A stretch of 53,295 nucleotides of DNA from the IMG/VR virus record IMGVR_UViG_3300033076_000662, positions 1 through 53,295 of that record, one strand, 5' to 3'. A model generated the notes under the pieces. It saw nothing but the letters and a program-made list of their open reading frames with translations, searched no databases and was not told the origin of the DNA. This DNA comes from a virus (taxonomy: Duplodnaviria > Caudoviricetes). The position numbers were made by a program, and so were the translations under genes. Below, one piece after another: positions 7,227 through 16,851 of this stretch (position 1 is its first letter; each line of letters begins with the position of its first letter).

Positions 7227-9053
7227 TTAGTCTTTCGCCTCCATCCAGTTGGCACCGACACCCCAGTCGCAGGTAATGGGGACGCGCAGCTTTATCGGAT
7301 TTATCACCCCATCGAATGTGGTGTACAGCTTCGCGATCGGCTCGGGGTCTGCGCCCTTCTCCAGCGATATCCCGATTTCGTCGTGCACCGACAGCAGCAA
7401 TCGCCCCGCCTCAGTATCCTTCAAATACCGGTGCAGCAGGATTAACTGTTGCTTCATGCAATCGGCCGACGTGGCCTGGTAGATCAGTCCTGATGCTTTG
7501 TGTACGAACTGACCGCCGGGGAATCGGAGCCGACGACCCATGATCGAGCGAACGAATCCACGTTGCTTGGCGATAGCTGACGCCTTCCCTGCCATATCTT
7601 TCATGCCAGGATTGGCGGAGTGATATTTCTCGAAGATTGCCATGGCCTCGGGGCCTGCCTTCAGGTAAACATTGCCGCCCGGTCCTTTCTCCTCGGTGAA
7701 TGGCAGCCCGCATTCCTGCGCCAGCCTGCCGGAGCCCATGTTGAAAGCAAGCCCCAGATTGATGGCTTTGCTGGAAGGGCCACCGGCATACTGCGCGTTT
7801 CGCGGGATGCCAGTCATATCCGACACCAGCTGGTGGAAGTCCAGATTCGGGTCTTTGCGGTAGGCATCCAGAATCGCCGGCACCTGGCCGTAGTGGTTGG
7901 CCACTCGGAATTCAAACTGGCTCCAGTCCATGCCCAGCCACTGGGCACCCTCGTCCGGCAGGAAAATCGGGCGCACGATGGATTTAATGGCTTTATCCCG
8001 TGATGGAATCTGTTGCAGCGCTGGCGCTGTGATACTGAGTCTGCCGGTTCCCGTTCCCGCCTCCGCGTCGTTTTTGGTCTGGTTGAAGTTACAGTGGATC
8101 AGACCATCCTCTTGGTGCCCAAGGATGTGGCCGGACAGAAAGGTGTCCCTAGTCTTGAGCATCTTGCGCAAGTCCAGGATCATCTTCGCTGCCGGGTGAC
8201 GCATGCGGCGCAGGCAATCCGCGTTGATCGATGGCTTTCCGCCCTCGGTGGATTCGGCTATTGTTCCGTCCACCAGCCGCCACAAACCGTCTTCGTCCTT
8301 TTTTGGCTGGAATAGCTTCGCGATCGAGCCAGAAGGGTTCGGGTTGACCTCGAAGCCTGCCATCCTATTGAGATCCCGCTGCGTATCCTCTGCGCGCTTC
8401 GTGATATCGCGGACGGCCTGCTCGGCACGTTCTACGTCCACCCGGAGCCCGTACTCCTCCATCTCGATCAGGATGGGTAGCAACTGCAACTCCAACGAGT
8501 GCACCTGGATCAAGTCCGCCATGCCCATTGCCTCCTGGGCTAGGTACAGCGCCTGGGTAGCTAGCGTATCCTGTTTGGCGTACCTGCCGACTATCGATGA
8601 CGGTGCCCGGTGCAGGTTCGGCATCTGCGCCGACCGAGTAGGGCGGCCCCCGAACAGTGCTGCCAGCTCGGGGTAAATCTCCGAATCCTTCGCAATACCC
8701 GCGTACTTGCGCGCCAAGAAATCCAGCTCGTAGGTCGGTTCGTGCTCATTAAGCAGCGCCGCGCGTATCATCGTGCAGTCGATGCGGTCCGGCGGCAATA
8801 CGATCCCCGACTCGCGCAGCATGTGGTAGTCGAATTTCAAATTATGTCCAACCCACTTCGCCACAGTACCGGATTTGATCACATCTCGTAGCCATGGTAT
8901 CGCACCTGGCTCCTCCCGGACATCCCAGTAATACGTTGACTTGTCCGGCAGCGTGATGGAAATTCCGAATACCCTATCCTTCCAGAAGTGCAGGCCAGTG
9001 GTCTCGGTATCGATTACCAGGTATGGTACCTGGTCTATTCGGGGAAAATTCAT
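7227..9053 (-). CDS. dpoZ: family A DNA polymerase with 3'-5' exonuclease, DpoZ-like
   Basis: Exonuclease motifs DTETTG, HNLKFD and YA.QD; motif A DWSQFEFR; motif B KAINLGLAFNMG; motif C VHDE; lies next to the purZ cluster. The PolA call is firm; the dpoZ label is inferred. Confidence 0.8.
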   Translation of the reverse strand: MNFPRIDQVPYLVIDTETTGLHFWKDRVFGISITLPDKSTYYWDVREEPGAIPWLRDVIKSGTVAKWVGHNLKFDYHMLRESGIVLPPDRIDCTMIRAALLNEHEPTYELDFLARKYAGIAKDSEIYPELAALFGGRPTRSAQMPNLHRAPSSIVGRYAKQDTLATQALYLAQEAMGMADLIQVHSLELQLLPILIEMEEYGLRVDVERAEQAVRDITKRAEDTQRDLNRMAGFEVNPNPSGSIAKLFQPKKDEDGLWRLVDGTIAESTEGGKPSINADCLRRMRHPAAKMILDLRKMLKTRDTFLSGHILGHQEDGLIHCNFNQTKNDAEAGTGTGRLSITAPALQQIPSRDKAIKSIVRPIFLPDEGAQWLGMDWSQFEFRVANHYGQVPAILDAYRKDPNLDFHQLVSDMTGIPRNAQYAGGPSSKAINLGLAFNMGSGRLAQECGLPFTEEKGPGGNVYLKAGPEAMAIFEKYHSANPGMKDMAGKASAIAKQRGFVRSIMGRRLRFPGGQFVHKASGLIYQATSADCMKQQLILLHRYLKDTEAGRLLLSVHDEIGISLEKGADPEPIAKLYTTFDGVINPIKLRVPITCDWGVGANWMEAKD

Positions 9054-9075
9054 TTCTGTCCTCTATTAGTCTCTG

Positions 9076-9094
9076 AAAAGGGGCTTGAAGCCCC
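9076..9094 (-). terminator. possible rho-independent terminator
   Basis: Minus strand GGGGCT-TCA-AGCCCC-TTTT after the HNH gene. Confidence 0.5.
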
Positions 9095-9096
9095 AA

Positions 9097-9567
9097 TTAC
9101 AATACGTCCTTGAATCTCTCCAAGAACTCCTCTTCGGAACACGGAGTCAATCTGCTATGATACGTGCCTCCGACCTGCTCAAACGTGTGAAGCATGTGAC
9201 AATTATGGCACAAAATCCTGCATTTCCCAACTTCTGCCACCAACTTGTCAAAACACGCCCCCCTAGATACCAAGTCTGCTATGTTGGCGTACTTGTCACA
9301 CCCATCCAAATGATCGAACGCCAGCACCCTAGTGTCCGCCTCGCCGCACCTAGCGCAGGTCCTTCCCGCTACATAGTTTACAATCCACTGCTGGTTTCTC
9401 TCCCTTCTCCTTTGCATCCTATTTCTTGCCCTCTCTCTTTGTAGATCGGCCGTGTCGTAGTAGTACTTTTTTTGCTTCTCTTTGTATTCGATGTGCTCCG
9501 GCGACCCCGGTTTAAATCTAGGGTTCCCAACCTTTATCACATCGCCATTCCATCTCCTTTTTGCCAT
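9097..9567 (-). CDS. HNH endonuclease
   Basis: CxxCG..D.R.L.FDH...KC.ILC.NCH..H; start trimmed to MAKRRW; extended -10 TGCTATAAT upstream. Confidence 0.8.
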   Translation of the reverse strand: MAKRRWNGDVIKVGNPRFKPGSPEHIEYKEKQKKYYYDTADLQRERARNRMQRRRERNQQWIVNYVAGRTCARCGEADTRVLAFDHLDGCDKYANIADLVSRGACFDKLVAEVGKCRILCHNCHMLHTFEQVGGTYHSRLTPCSEEEFLERFKDVL

Positions 9568-9647
9568 ATCAACCCCGCAGAATATGTTAAAACGCCCCTC
9601 ATCCTTCCAAGTGATATTATAGCACACTTGGACATTGTGGTGAGGGG

Positions 9648-9905
9648 TCAATTAAAAGGGACGTCGTCCCCATCGTACGGTTGGTCGTATTTCATCGGCT
9701 CCGCCTTTTTCTCCTTGGGGCTGAGCTTGAGCGAGAAGTATTTCTTGCCCTCCATGCGACCGCCGGGCTTGCCCTCGTTCACCCAGGCCGAGACCCAGTA
9801 CTCGACGCCCTCGACATTGATCGAGCCGGAGAACTCGGGGTGCTTGTCGCTTTTACGGTTCTCGTTGCGGGCCAACATGCCGGAATTAGTGTTGTCGTAA
9901 GCCAT
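9648..9905 (-). CDS. small single-stranded DNA-binding-like protein
   Basis: NSG.L.RN..K...HP.F.G.I.V.G.EYW.SAW...KYFSL pattern with an acidic DDVPF tail like that of SSB. Confidence 0.6.
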   Translation of the reverse strand: MAYDNTNSGMLARNENRKSDKHPEFSGSINVEGVEYWVSAWVNEGKPGGRMEGKKYFSLKLSPKEKKAEPMKYDQPYDGDDVPFN

Positions 9906-9921
9906 TTTTCGTTACTCTCTT

Positions 9922-11337
9922 TCAGATTTTAAAGCCATTCGGTCCATCGACAATATCGAGGACTTTCCTAGCACGGGTCATCCCGACGTAGAACGTGCGG
10001 ATTTCGTCGTCGGGAAATTTCATTGCGGTCTCGGCCACGCGGCTGGTCATGTCAGTCATTAGTATCACCCGGTCCGCCTCGTGGCCTTTGCTTGCATGGA
10101 TGGTGGACAGTCGAACATCGGGTTTTGCATCCAGGTCCGTGTCAATGTAGAAATCCAGCATGCTAATCGGGATATCCAGTCTAACATGGAACGGACGGGA
10201 CGTGAGTTCCGACCATTTCCCATCAGTAACCAGGCGTTTCGATGTGGCGTTGCAGGCGTGCAGCAGCGTATTCTTGCCGGATTCCGTGATTTTCTCACCA
10301 CGGGCCAGCGCGTTGAACGTGCGGATGGCCGTCGCCCACCGGTTCTGGTACATCCCTGGCCTGCCAGACTCCCGTAGATACGGAATACGCCCCTCGATCA
10401 GCGACTTCTCAACATCCCTCAATACTGAGTGCGTCCGTCCCAGAAGTAGCGTATCCTGCCCCCTCCGGATCGTAACCGAGTCGATACCGCCAAATACGCG
10501 GACCAGTCCCACATCACCAGTGCAAGTGAACACCTTATCGACGCGACGACTGACGCGACGGATGAGGGCCTGTGATTTTTTGTGCACTGCAACAGGTAAT
10601 CGGTGCGATAGTGATAGTACCTCGCTATCACCATCATGCCGTTCGATGAATTCAGACATGCCATGCGGGTCGGCACCGGACCACGTGTAGATGGCTTGGT
10701 CATCATCCCCGGCCACTGTGACTGCTTTCGCATTCTCAGTGATTCGCTCGATGACCCGCCACTGAAGAGGTGATAGGTCCTGTGCTTCGTCAATAAAGAA
10801 GATTTCAGCCGACGAGCTAACGCCCCCTTTAGCAACGGCGTCGAGCATATCGGTGAAGTCCCAATATCCGAAAACAGATTTCCAGTCAGCGTACGCATGG
10901 CGGAACATATTGAATTCGGCGCGGGTTCCGGGGCGGTCGGATAGGTCATACGCCTCATCCGGGTCCGTGTAGGTGTTGCGCGAACGGTTGATAATGTCGA
11001 GATATGCATCGCCATCTGCCCTTTCCTCGTCGTCTTCTGGTGATTTTCCGATGATCGGTACGCCGACCTTGGCTGCAAATTCCCGCAGCTTTGCACTATC
11101 CACCACCTGCGGCTGCCGCAGACCCATCAGGCGGAAGCACATGGAATGGATCGTGCACACATTGTCTGACCTGCGGATACCGAGGCGTGACAATGCCTCA
11201 CTGGCGGCCGCCCGTGTGAAGGACAGGAACGCGATGCTGTCCGGGGAGACCCCCAGGTCTTTAGCCTCCTGCACTCGGCGTAACAATTCCGTAGTCTTGC
11301 CAGTGCCCGGTGGCCCAAAAATAGCTTTTGTAACCAT
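9922..11337 (-). CDS. UvrD/Rep-like SF1 DNA helicase
   Basis: GPPGTGKT, FTRAAA, TIHS, IDEAQD, GDDDQAIY, STIHASKGHE and YVGMTRA motifs. Confidence 0.9.
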   Translation of the reverse strand: MVTKAIFGPPGTGKTTELLRRVQEAKDLGVSPDSIAFLSFTRAAASEALSRLGIRRSDNVCTIHSMCFRLMGLRQPQVVDSAKLREFAAKVGVPIIGKSPEDDEERADGDAYLDIINRSRNTYTDPDEAYDLSDRPGTRAEFNMFRHAYADWKSVFGYWDFTDMLDAVAKGGVSSSAEIFFIDEAQDLSPLQWRVIERITENAKAVTVAGDDDQAIYTWSGADPHGMSEFIERHDGDSEVLSLSHRLPVAVHKKSQALIRRVSRRVDKVFTCTGDVGLVRVFGGIDSVTIRRGQDTLLLGRTHSVLRDVEKSLIEGRIPYLRESGRPGMYQNRWATAIRTFNALARGEKITESGKNTLLHACNATSKRLVTDGKWSELTSRPFHVRLDIPISMLDFYIDTDLDAKPDVRLSTIHASKGHEADRVILMTDMTSRVAETAMKFPDDEIRTFYVGMTRARKVLDIVDGPNGFKI

Positions 11338-11383
11338 TCTGATGCCCTCTATCAAATCTATATCGGCCCCGAAGGGCCGGGCA

Positions 11384-11635
11384 TTACGCCGCAATATTCA
11401 GGGCGCGGTCTTCGTAGGTCAGAGCTTTCTGACGCAGCGGCTCCAGCTTCTTTCGGATCTCATTGAACCCATCAACAGATTCTTGGTTGTCGGCGTCCTT
11501 GGCAAGATATTCCATATACGTGGACACCCGCTCGAACAGATAGTTGATGGTGTTCTTGTGTGCGATCTGCTCGCGCAGCCTACGCTGCTCAACAGTCTCA
11601 GCCCAACCCTCATTGCCCATGGTTCGCATTTTCAT
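11384..11635 (-). CDS. hypothetical protein
   Basis: 83 aa helical ORF with a GGAG RBS. Confidence 0.55.
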   Translation of the reverse strand: MKMRTMGNEGWAETVEQRRLREQIAHKNTINYLFERVSTYMEYLAKDADNQESVDGFNEIRKKLEPLRQKALTYEDRALNIAA

Positions 11636-11676
11636 TTCTCCGATGTTCGGTTATTGATGATCAGTGGATCGTTGGA

Positions 11677-11778
11677 ACCACTGTAGAACCCGGCTACGGC
11701 TAGATACCATAACTTCCCCTCAAGTCCCAACCATACCAGTCGCAACCGGGTTCTACAGTGGTCCCCGTCTTTCCGGGG
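11677..11778. repeat. intergenic inverted repeat with adjacent hairpin
   Basis: ACCACTGTAGAACCCGG (11677-11693) and CCGGGTTCTACAGTGGT (11746-11762) are perfect 17-bp arms; CCCCG-TCTTTC-CGGGG follows at 11763-11778. Confidence 0.8.
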
Positions 11779-11824
11779 TGTCAGCGAAGGTCTAAGAATA
11801 ACCCCCTAGCACAGGGCCGTCATA

Positions 11825-12595
11825 TCAGTACTCGGTACCATGCTGGGTTACGGTATCGTCCGCGTCGATGTCGTAATCACTACTGACCTTCACGCCGCCC
11901 TGAGAAATCGTATTGTACAGCTTCTCAGCGCGCTCGTAAATTTCCTTCGACACAAATCCGAGCGGGGTGATGTTCAGGTTGTAGTAGCTTTCATTCCGCG
12001 CGTTCGTCTCAGTCACTGCCGACAGCTTGTAAGCGCGGGCAAACGAGTCCATGTTGGACATACGAACCAGCGAATTCCATCGCTTGCTGACCTTCATCTT
12101 GGATTTTGACATGGAGATGACCGCCTCCGTCCATTCGCCAGCATGGCCCACCAGCACAAAATGCTGGGCCGTGTCGATCGCTTCCAAGCCTTCTTCGTTC
12201 AGCTGGGCGATAGCGGCGTTGGCTGCCGCGAGGCTGGTGAAAGCGCCACGGAAACCGTTGGAACCGCCACCGCCCGACTTGCGATCTTTCCAAACCAGGT
12301 ACTGCTTGGAGTAGTACACCGGAATCACAGTGACGGTCTCGCCATACAGCTCGCGGGTCACGTTGTTGTAGAGCATGCCCTCATCGGCACCCTCGATGTA
12401 GGCCGCATCTTTCTTGTTACGGGCCGGGGACAGCGCCTGGATGAGTTCGATTCGGGGGATGACGAGATCATCAGCGCCGACGTTCTCGGCACCGCGGCCG
12501 CCCTCTTTACCGCGCAGGAAATCCGGAACCTCATTGGTCACTGCGATTTCGAATTGGTTGGTGATTGCTACTTCAGTCTTAGCCATTTTGGCCAC
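11825..12595 (-). CDS. putative phage ssDNA-binding or annealing protein
   Basis: G.EN....DL.IPR..L.Q.LSP pattern, acidic C-terminus, located in the replication module. Confidence 0.55.
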   Translation of the reverse strand: MAKMAKTEVAITNQFEIAVTNEVPDFLRGKEGGRGAENVGADDLVIPRIELIQALSPARNKKDAAYIEGADEGMLYNNVTRELYGETVTVIPVYYSKQYLVWKDRKSGGGGSNGFRGAFTSLAAANAAIAQLNEEGLEAIDTAQHFVLVGHAGEWTEAVISMSKSKMKVSKRWNSLVRMSNMDSFARAYKLSAVTETNARNESYYNLNITPLGFVSKEIYERAEKLYNTISQGGVKVSSDYDIDADDTVTQHGTEY

Positions 12596-12665
12596 CTTTC
12601 AGGTTTACAGGTGCCACTTCGGGCACCGGGGTTATGCCGGCGGGGTGCCGGCGGATTCGATTATA

Positions 12666-13097
12666 TCACGACCGGGTGATGCTGGCCCTGGTAAATGGTG
12701 AAACGTTGAGCATGTCCTCAGGGAACTCTTCCCCGTTTTGAAACATTTTCTTGACAGCGGCTTTCAGCGTGGATGGGTTAACGCTATTTTGCACCAGATC
12801 ACCACGGCCATTATCGGACAGCCATTGGTAAAAATCTTCTTTGCGGTCGGATTTGATACTGACGTGCATGTCGGAGGTGAGGCTAACGCGGCCAATACCA
12901 TTGACGGCTAGGCGGGCTATGCCCTCATCTTCCATCTTTGCCGGGATCTTAGTAATCCGGAGAAAATCGAAAGTGCGGTTCACCGCCTTCAGTTGCTGCT
13001 CCAGATCTTCTTTCGCTGCCTGCACTTGAGACATCGCCGCGATCAGCTCGACTAACGTCAAACTGTCATAAGCCGAGAATTCATTCGTTTCAGACAT
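12666..13097 (-). CDS. conserved phage replication-module protein
   Basis: Coiled coil followed by IP..M...G and WL..NG.GDL....V.P.TLKA.VK pattern. Confidence 0.6.
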   Translation of the reverse strand: MSETNEFSAYDSLTLVELIAAMSQVQAAKEDLEQQLKAVNRTFDFLRITKIPAKMEDEGIARLAVNGIGRVSLTSDMHVSIKSDRKEDFYQWLSDNGRGDLVQNSVNPSTLKAAVKKMFQNGEEFPEDMLNVSPFTRASITRS

Positions 13098-13422
13098 TGC
13101 CCTGGCCTTTCGTGCTGATAGTCACGGATGCATATCGCTGATCTCTTCCATTCCATTTCAGGATGTTCATCCTGCTGGTTTTCTCAGCCAGTATCGCGAA
13201 AACCAATCCAGTAATAACTGGTGATCCGCTAGGAGCCACGAAATCGATTTCAGGGTCATACTTGGACAGGCCACGGCGGATTTGTTCTACCAGTTTCACA
13301 TTGTGAAGAGACTGGCTCGCCATCGATACTTCGGATGCAGTAAGAAATACCACATCGCCGTACCGCTGCGCGTCACCGTAATCGGCCGACGGGACCTCTT
13401 GGGTCACATATACTTTGCTCAT
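13090..13422 (-). CDS. hypothetical protein
   Basis: 110 aa with MSKVYVTQE...A..YG.V and SGSP...KW motifs. Confidence 0.65.
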   Translation of the reverse strand: MSKVYVTQEVPSADYGDAQRYGDVVFLTASEVSMASQSLHNVKLVEQIRRGLSKYDPEIDFVAPSGSPVITGLVFAILAEKTSRMNILKWNGRDQRYASVTISTKGQGNV

Positions 13423-13463
13423 TTTGTGTTACTCTCTATCATCTCGTAAGCCTCTATTATACA

Positions 13464-15185
13464 TCACGCCGGAGTACCGAACAATTGCTCAGCATTTCTT
13501 GATTCAATGCTGGAGCGTACATACTCGGACATGTCCTTTTTGTTTTTAACGGCATCGATGATAGACGCGTCTACTGTCCCCTCGGCCACCAAATCGATAT
13601 ATAGCACCGACTTGGTTTGGCCAATCCGGTGCGCCCGGTCCTCCGATTGGTCCCGCTCGATGTATGAGAACGAATTGCTGAAATACACCACCATTTCGGC
13701 GGCTGTCATATTCAGGCCAGTGCCACCTGTCTGGGTGTTGCCCACCAAAAATCTTGCACGGCGTTTTTGGAACAGCTCTTGTACGTTGTAGTCACGTTGC
13801 TCTTCCGGCACCGCACCATGTATCTCCACCACCTGGTTGTGCCCGTATCTCTCGCGTAATGCATCTACCACCATCCGGATTTCAGGGATATACCGGCACC
13901 ACACGATAGTTGGGACCGCATGCTCCTCGGCTATTGACATCAGCTCTTCGATCTTGGGGTTTTTGCCGGGTATCAGTTGGTGGTCGTAGTTGGTTGTCCC
14001 ATCCTCCGACGGCTCACTTTCATATGTGATAATGCCGCCACAAATCTCTTGCAGCCGGAGCATGCGTTCGAGCACTGTTTTGACGTACAGTCCCCGATCT
14101 CCAGTGACTGCTTTGTTGTTTTTAAGAATTTCTCGATATAGTCGTTTTTGCTCATCATTCAATTTCACCTCGCGGATCTCGTATACTTTAGGGGGTAGCT
14201 CGGTCAGTACGTCAGACTTACGAACCTGATAGACGTATGGGGACACCAGCTCCACCAATTCCTCCATGTTTTGATATCCCACAATCTCCCGCCCCTCGTA
14301 GCCGCCCATCACGGCGTATCGATTACGGAACGAATAATAATCGCCGGTACCAATGATATCCGGGTTAAGTAGCTCGAACTGCATGAAAAGGTCCAGTGGT
14401 GCATTAGCCACCGGAGTGCCGGTCATCACTATCCGATATTTCGCGCCACGCGAAATTTTCACCGCCGCCTTACTACGGTTCGCTGAGTGGTTCTTGATCA
14501 TATGTGCTTCGTCCACTACCATGCCGCACCTGGAACTGGTATTTACGAATTTCGTGGCTAGTTCTGCCGCCTTACCGGCCGCTAGCGATTCGGTGCCGAC
14601 CACTAATACTTTCATCGTGTCGCTCGGCGTGGTGTTCCATTCAAGGAATTTGGCCGGTTTCCCGGTGTCCAGGATCAGGCAGTCGGTCTCTATCGGCGCG
14701 TGAATCGCGAACTCCCGCACCCAGTTCATTCGGGTGCTATACTTCGTAAGTATGAGAACCCGATCCACCCGACCTTCCAGAAAATAGGCTGAATACAGGT
14801 CGATCGATGTCTTGGTCTTCCCGGTGCCCATGTCCATGTAGAACGCGTACGCGGTCTTGTCCCAGGCCAGATCCAATGCCCTGCGCTGGTACTCCCGTGG
14901 CTTCGTCTTGAACTTGTACACCTGGGGGAAGGGGTTAATAGCTTCAGCGGTCTGAACGGCCAGGGAACGGCTCGCGGCGTCACGGGCCTCCTGTGACCAT
15001 TGCCAGTTGGCAAGCTTGTCCACCATGTACCTGGAATTCGCCCGCAGAGCTGGGGCCGTCCATGCTTTGCGCTTGGAATCCCACCGCCTGCTAGGAATCT
15101 GGCGCACTGTGTTCACCATCCAAGGCGGTGAGTACAGAATAAACCTGCCGGACTTAGTATCGTATTCGATTCGAGTATCGGTCAT
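13464..15185 (-). CDS. SNF2-family SF2 helicase
   Basis: DMGTGKT, DEAH, MTGTP and QSEDRAHRIGQ motifs. Confidence 0.9.
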   Translation of the reverse strand: MTDTRIEYDTKSGRFILYSPPWMVNTVRQIPSRRWDSKRKAWTAPALRANSRYMVDKLANWQWSQEARDAASRSLAVQTAEAINPFPQVYKFKTKPREYQRRALDLAWDKTAYAFYMDMGTGKTKTSIDLYSAYFLEGRVDRVLILTKYSTRMNWVREFAIHAPIETDCLILDTGKPAKFLEWNTTPSDTMKVLVVGTESLAAGKAAELATKFVNTSSRCGMVVDEAHMIKNHSANRSKAAVKISRGAKYRIVMTGTPVANAPLDLFMQFELLNPDIIGTGDYYSFRNRYAVMGGYEGREIVGYQNMEELVELVSPYVYQVRKSDVLTELPPKVYEIREVKLNDEQKRLYREILKNNKAVTGDRGLYVKTVLERMLRLQEICGGIITYESEPSEDGTTNYDHQLIPGKNPKIEELMSIAEEHAVPTIVWCRYIPEIRMVVDALRERYGHNQVVEIHGAVPEEQRDYNVQELFQKRRARFLVGNTQTGGTGLNMTAAEMVVYFSNSFSYIERDQSEDRAHRIGQTKSVLYIDLVAEGTVDASIIDAVKNKKDMSEYVRSSIESRNAEQLFGTPA

Positions 15186-15188
15186 GGC

Positions 15189-16748
15189 TCAATACTCCGG
15201 TTCGAAATTAGGTTCATCGATGGCTACCCGATATTCGTCGGTTAGTTCTACCAGCCACACATTAACTGGATATGTAGCACCGGGTACCCGCATCTTAGTA
15301 TGCGTGGCCCCTAGCTCCCGCCGCAGCGTGTTCCACAGGTCCATACCAGATTGCAATTCAGCTTTGGTGCGCTTGAGGTATTCGGAAAATGCGATACCCT
15401 TGAACACCAACGTTCGAACACCGTCAATAGACTGGACCACCGGTACGTTCCGCATAATAGCTTTCCGCTCCGCAATATCCGTGCCGTCCGACGACAAGTC
15501 GGCTTTTTGCGCGAACTCCTTGAATTTGCTCACTATCACCCCCGATGCGCTAGCCTCCTTGGGCACCTCGATGGTCTTGAGGGTGGGTACCAAGGGGTCA
15601 AGCACGTGCTTGCGCCACACCTCTTGAGAGATCTTCGGGATGTTGATCTTGAGCTGCTCGAAGATCAACGTGCCCATGGCCTGCGGATCGCGCAGGATGA
15701 TGGTGGGGATGTTCGAAATGAGCTTCTCGTTCACATGGATCCCCCAGCGCGGCGGATCGGACTGGTATTCGATCAGCTCGGTGAACTTCGGCATGTTGTC
15801 AAACGAGTCCATCTCTTTGAGCTCTTCCGACGAGATACCAAACTCGCGGGTGACGCAGACCTTACGATCGCATAGCGATTTGCAGGGATCCTCGCCACAC
15901 TTGTACTGGTAGTCCCGGCGCGATGCGGAGCGGATCACCTTGCGGGCTTCTTGTAGGCCCAGCGGCTTGTCGAATATCCCCTTGTTCAACTCCAACGCGT
16001 CCTCAAAGAACGTGTCCGGGCGGGCGCGCTTGAGGTACACGGTAACGTTGTACATGGCCTCGTTGCGAGCGCCGGACTCCACGCCCATGTGGATCATCTT
16101 CTGGATACAGGGGGGTGCCTCCAAGTGCTCACGGCCGCCATATTCACGCAGCCGGTCCGCTGTCACCCTGCGGCTCTGGGCCATTCGAATGAACAGCTCA
16201 AATGACATCGGGCGGCCGGATGAGTCGAGCGCATACCTAGTTGTATCATCGCCGCCGAAGTAGCACAAATTCAACCAGTTGCCAAGCGATTTCTCGCCAC
16301 TCTTGGTCACCACCGAATCCTGCTTAGGGAAGATCTCAGTCTTGTGTGGCAGCGCCAGCATGTCGCGCCAGGAGCTTAGCAGGCGGATTACCAACTTGGC
16401 GGGCAAGAACTCTGAACCAAACAGGTACAGGTGGGCACCGCCCCGCTTACTACGGCACATTACCAACGGCAGCCGGTGCGCCTCGATCTTGGCCTGGATG
16501 CCGAGCAGGTCTACGTCCTCCGGGTCATCGTGCTTATCCACGTCGATGGCCCCGAACATCACCGTACCGCCGTCGGTAATCGGGACGATACCCAGCCCCA
16601 TTCGACCGGCTACATGGTCCTCGTAATTCGAGATCTGAACTTCGGCCTTCTCGGTCAGTGAATTCCCGGTGGCTGGGTCCCAGCGACCGTATGACCGTAG
16701 ATTGCCAGCGAACAGACTCGCGAACTCGTTAATCAAGCTATTGCTCAT
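15189..16748 (-). CDS. archaeo-eukaryotic primase (AEP) with PriCT-like domain
   Basis: GAIDVD, RSKRGGAHLY and EIFPKQ motifs; PPC...G.RN PriCT-type region and a Cys cluster. Confidence 0.75.
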   Translation of the reverse strand: MSNSLINEFASLFAGNLRSYGRWDPATGNSLTEKAEVQISNYEDHVAGRMGLGIVPITDGGTVMFGAIDVDKHDDPEDVDLLGIQAKIEAHRLPLVMCRSKRGGAHLYLFGSEFLPAKLVIRLLSSWRDMLALPHKTEIFPKQDSVVTKSGEKSLGNWLNLCYFGGDDTTRYALDSSGRPMSFELFIRMAQSRRVTADRLREYGGREHLEAPPCIQKMIHMGVESGARNEAMYNVTVYLKRARPDTFFEDALELNKGIFDKPLGLQEARKVIRSASRRDYQYKCGEDPCKSLCDRKVCVTREFGISSEELKEMDSFDNMPKFTELIEYQSDPPRWGIHVNEKLISNIPTIILRDPQAMGTLIFEQLKINIPKISQEVWRKHVLDPLVPTLKTIEVPKEASASGVIVSKFKEFAQKADLSSDGTDIAERKAIMRNVPVVQSIDGVRTLVFKGIAFSEYLKRTKAELQSGMDLWNTLRRELGATHTKMRVPGATYPVNVWLVELTDEYRVAIDEPNFEPEY

Positions 16749-16804
16749 TGACTTTGCACCTCTAGTGGACTATGGAGACTGAATTATACCACGGGCGCTG
16801 GGCG

Positions 16805-16833
16805 TTGACCAAGCCCCGAAGTTGTGTTATACT
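16805..16833 (+). promoter_or_regulatory. rightward sigma70-like promoter pointing into non-coding element copy 1
   Basis: TTGACC-N17-TATACT with an extended TG; divergent from a leftward TGGTATAAT at 16783-16791 that serves the primase gene. Confidence 0.65.
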
Positions 16834-16851
16834 AGAATCTCTCGGGGCCGT

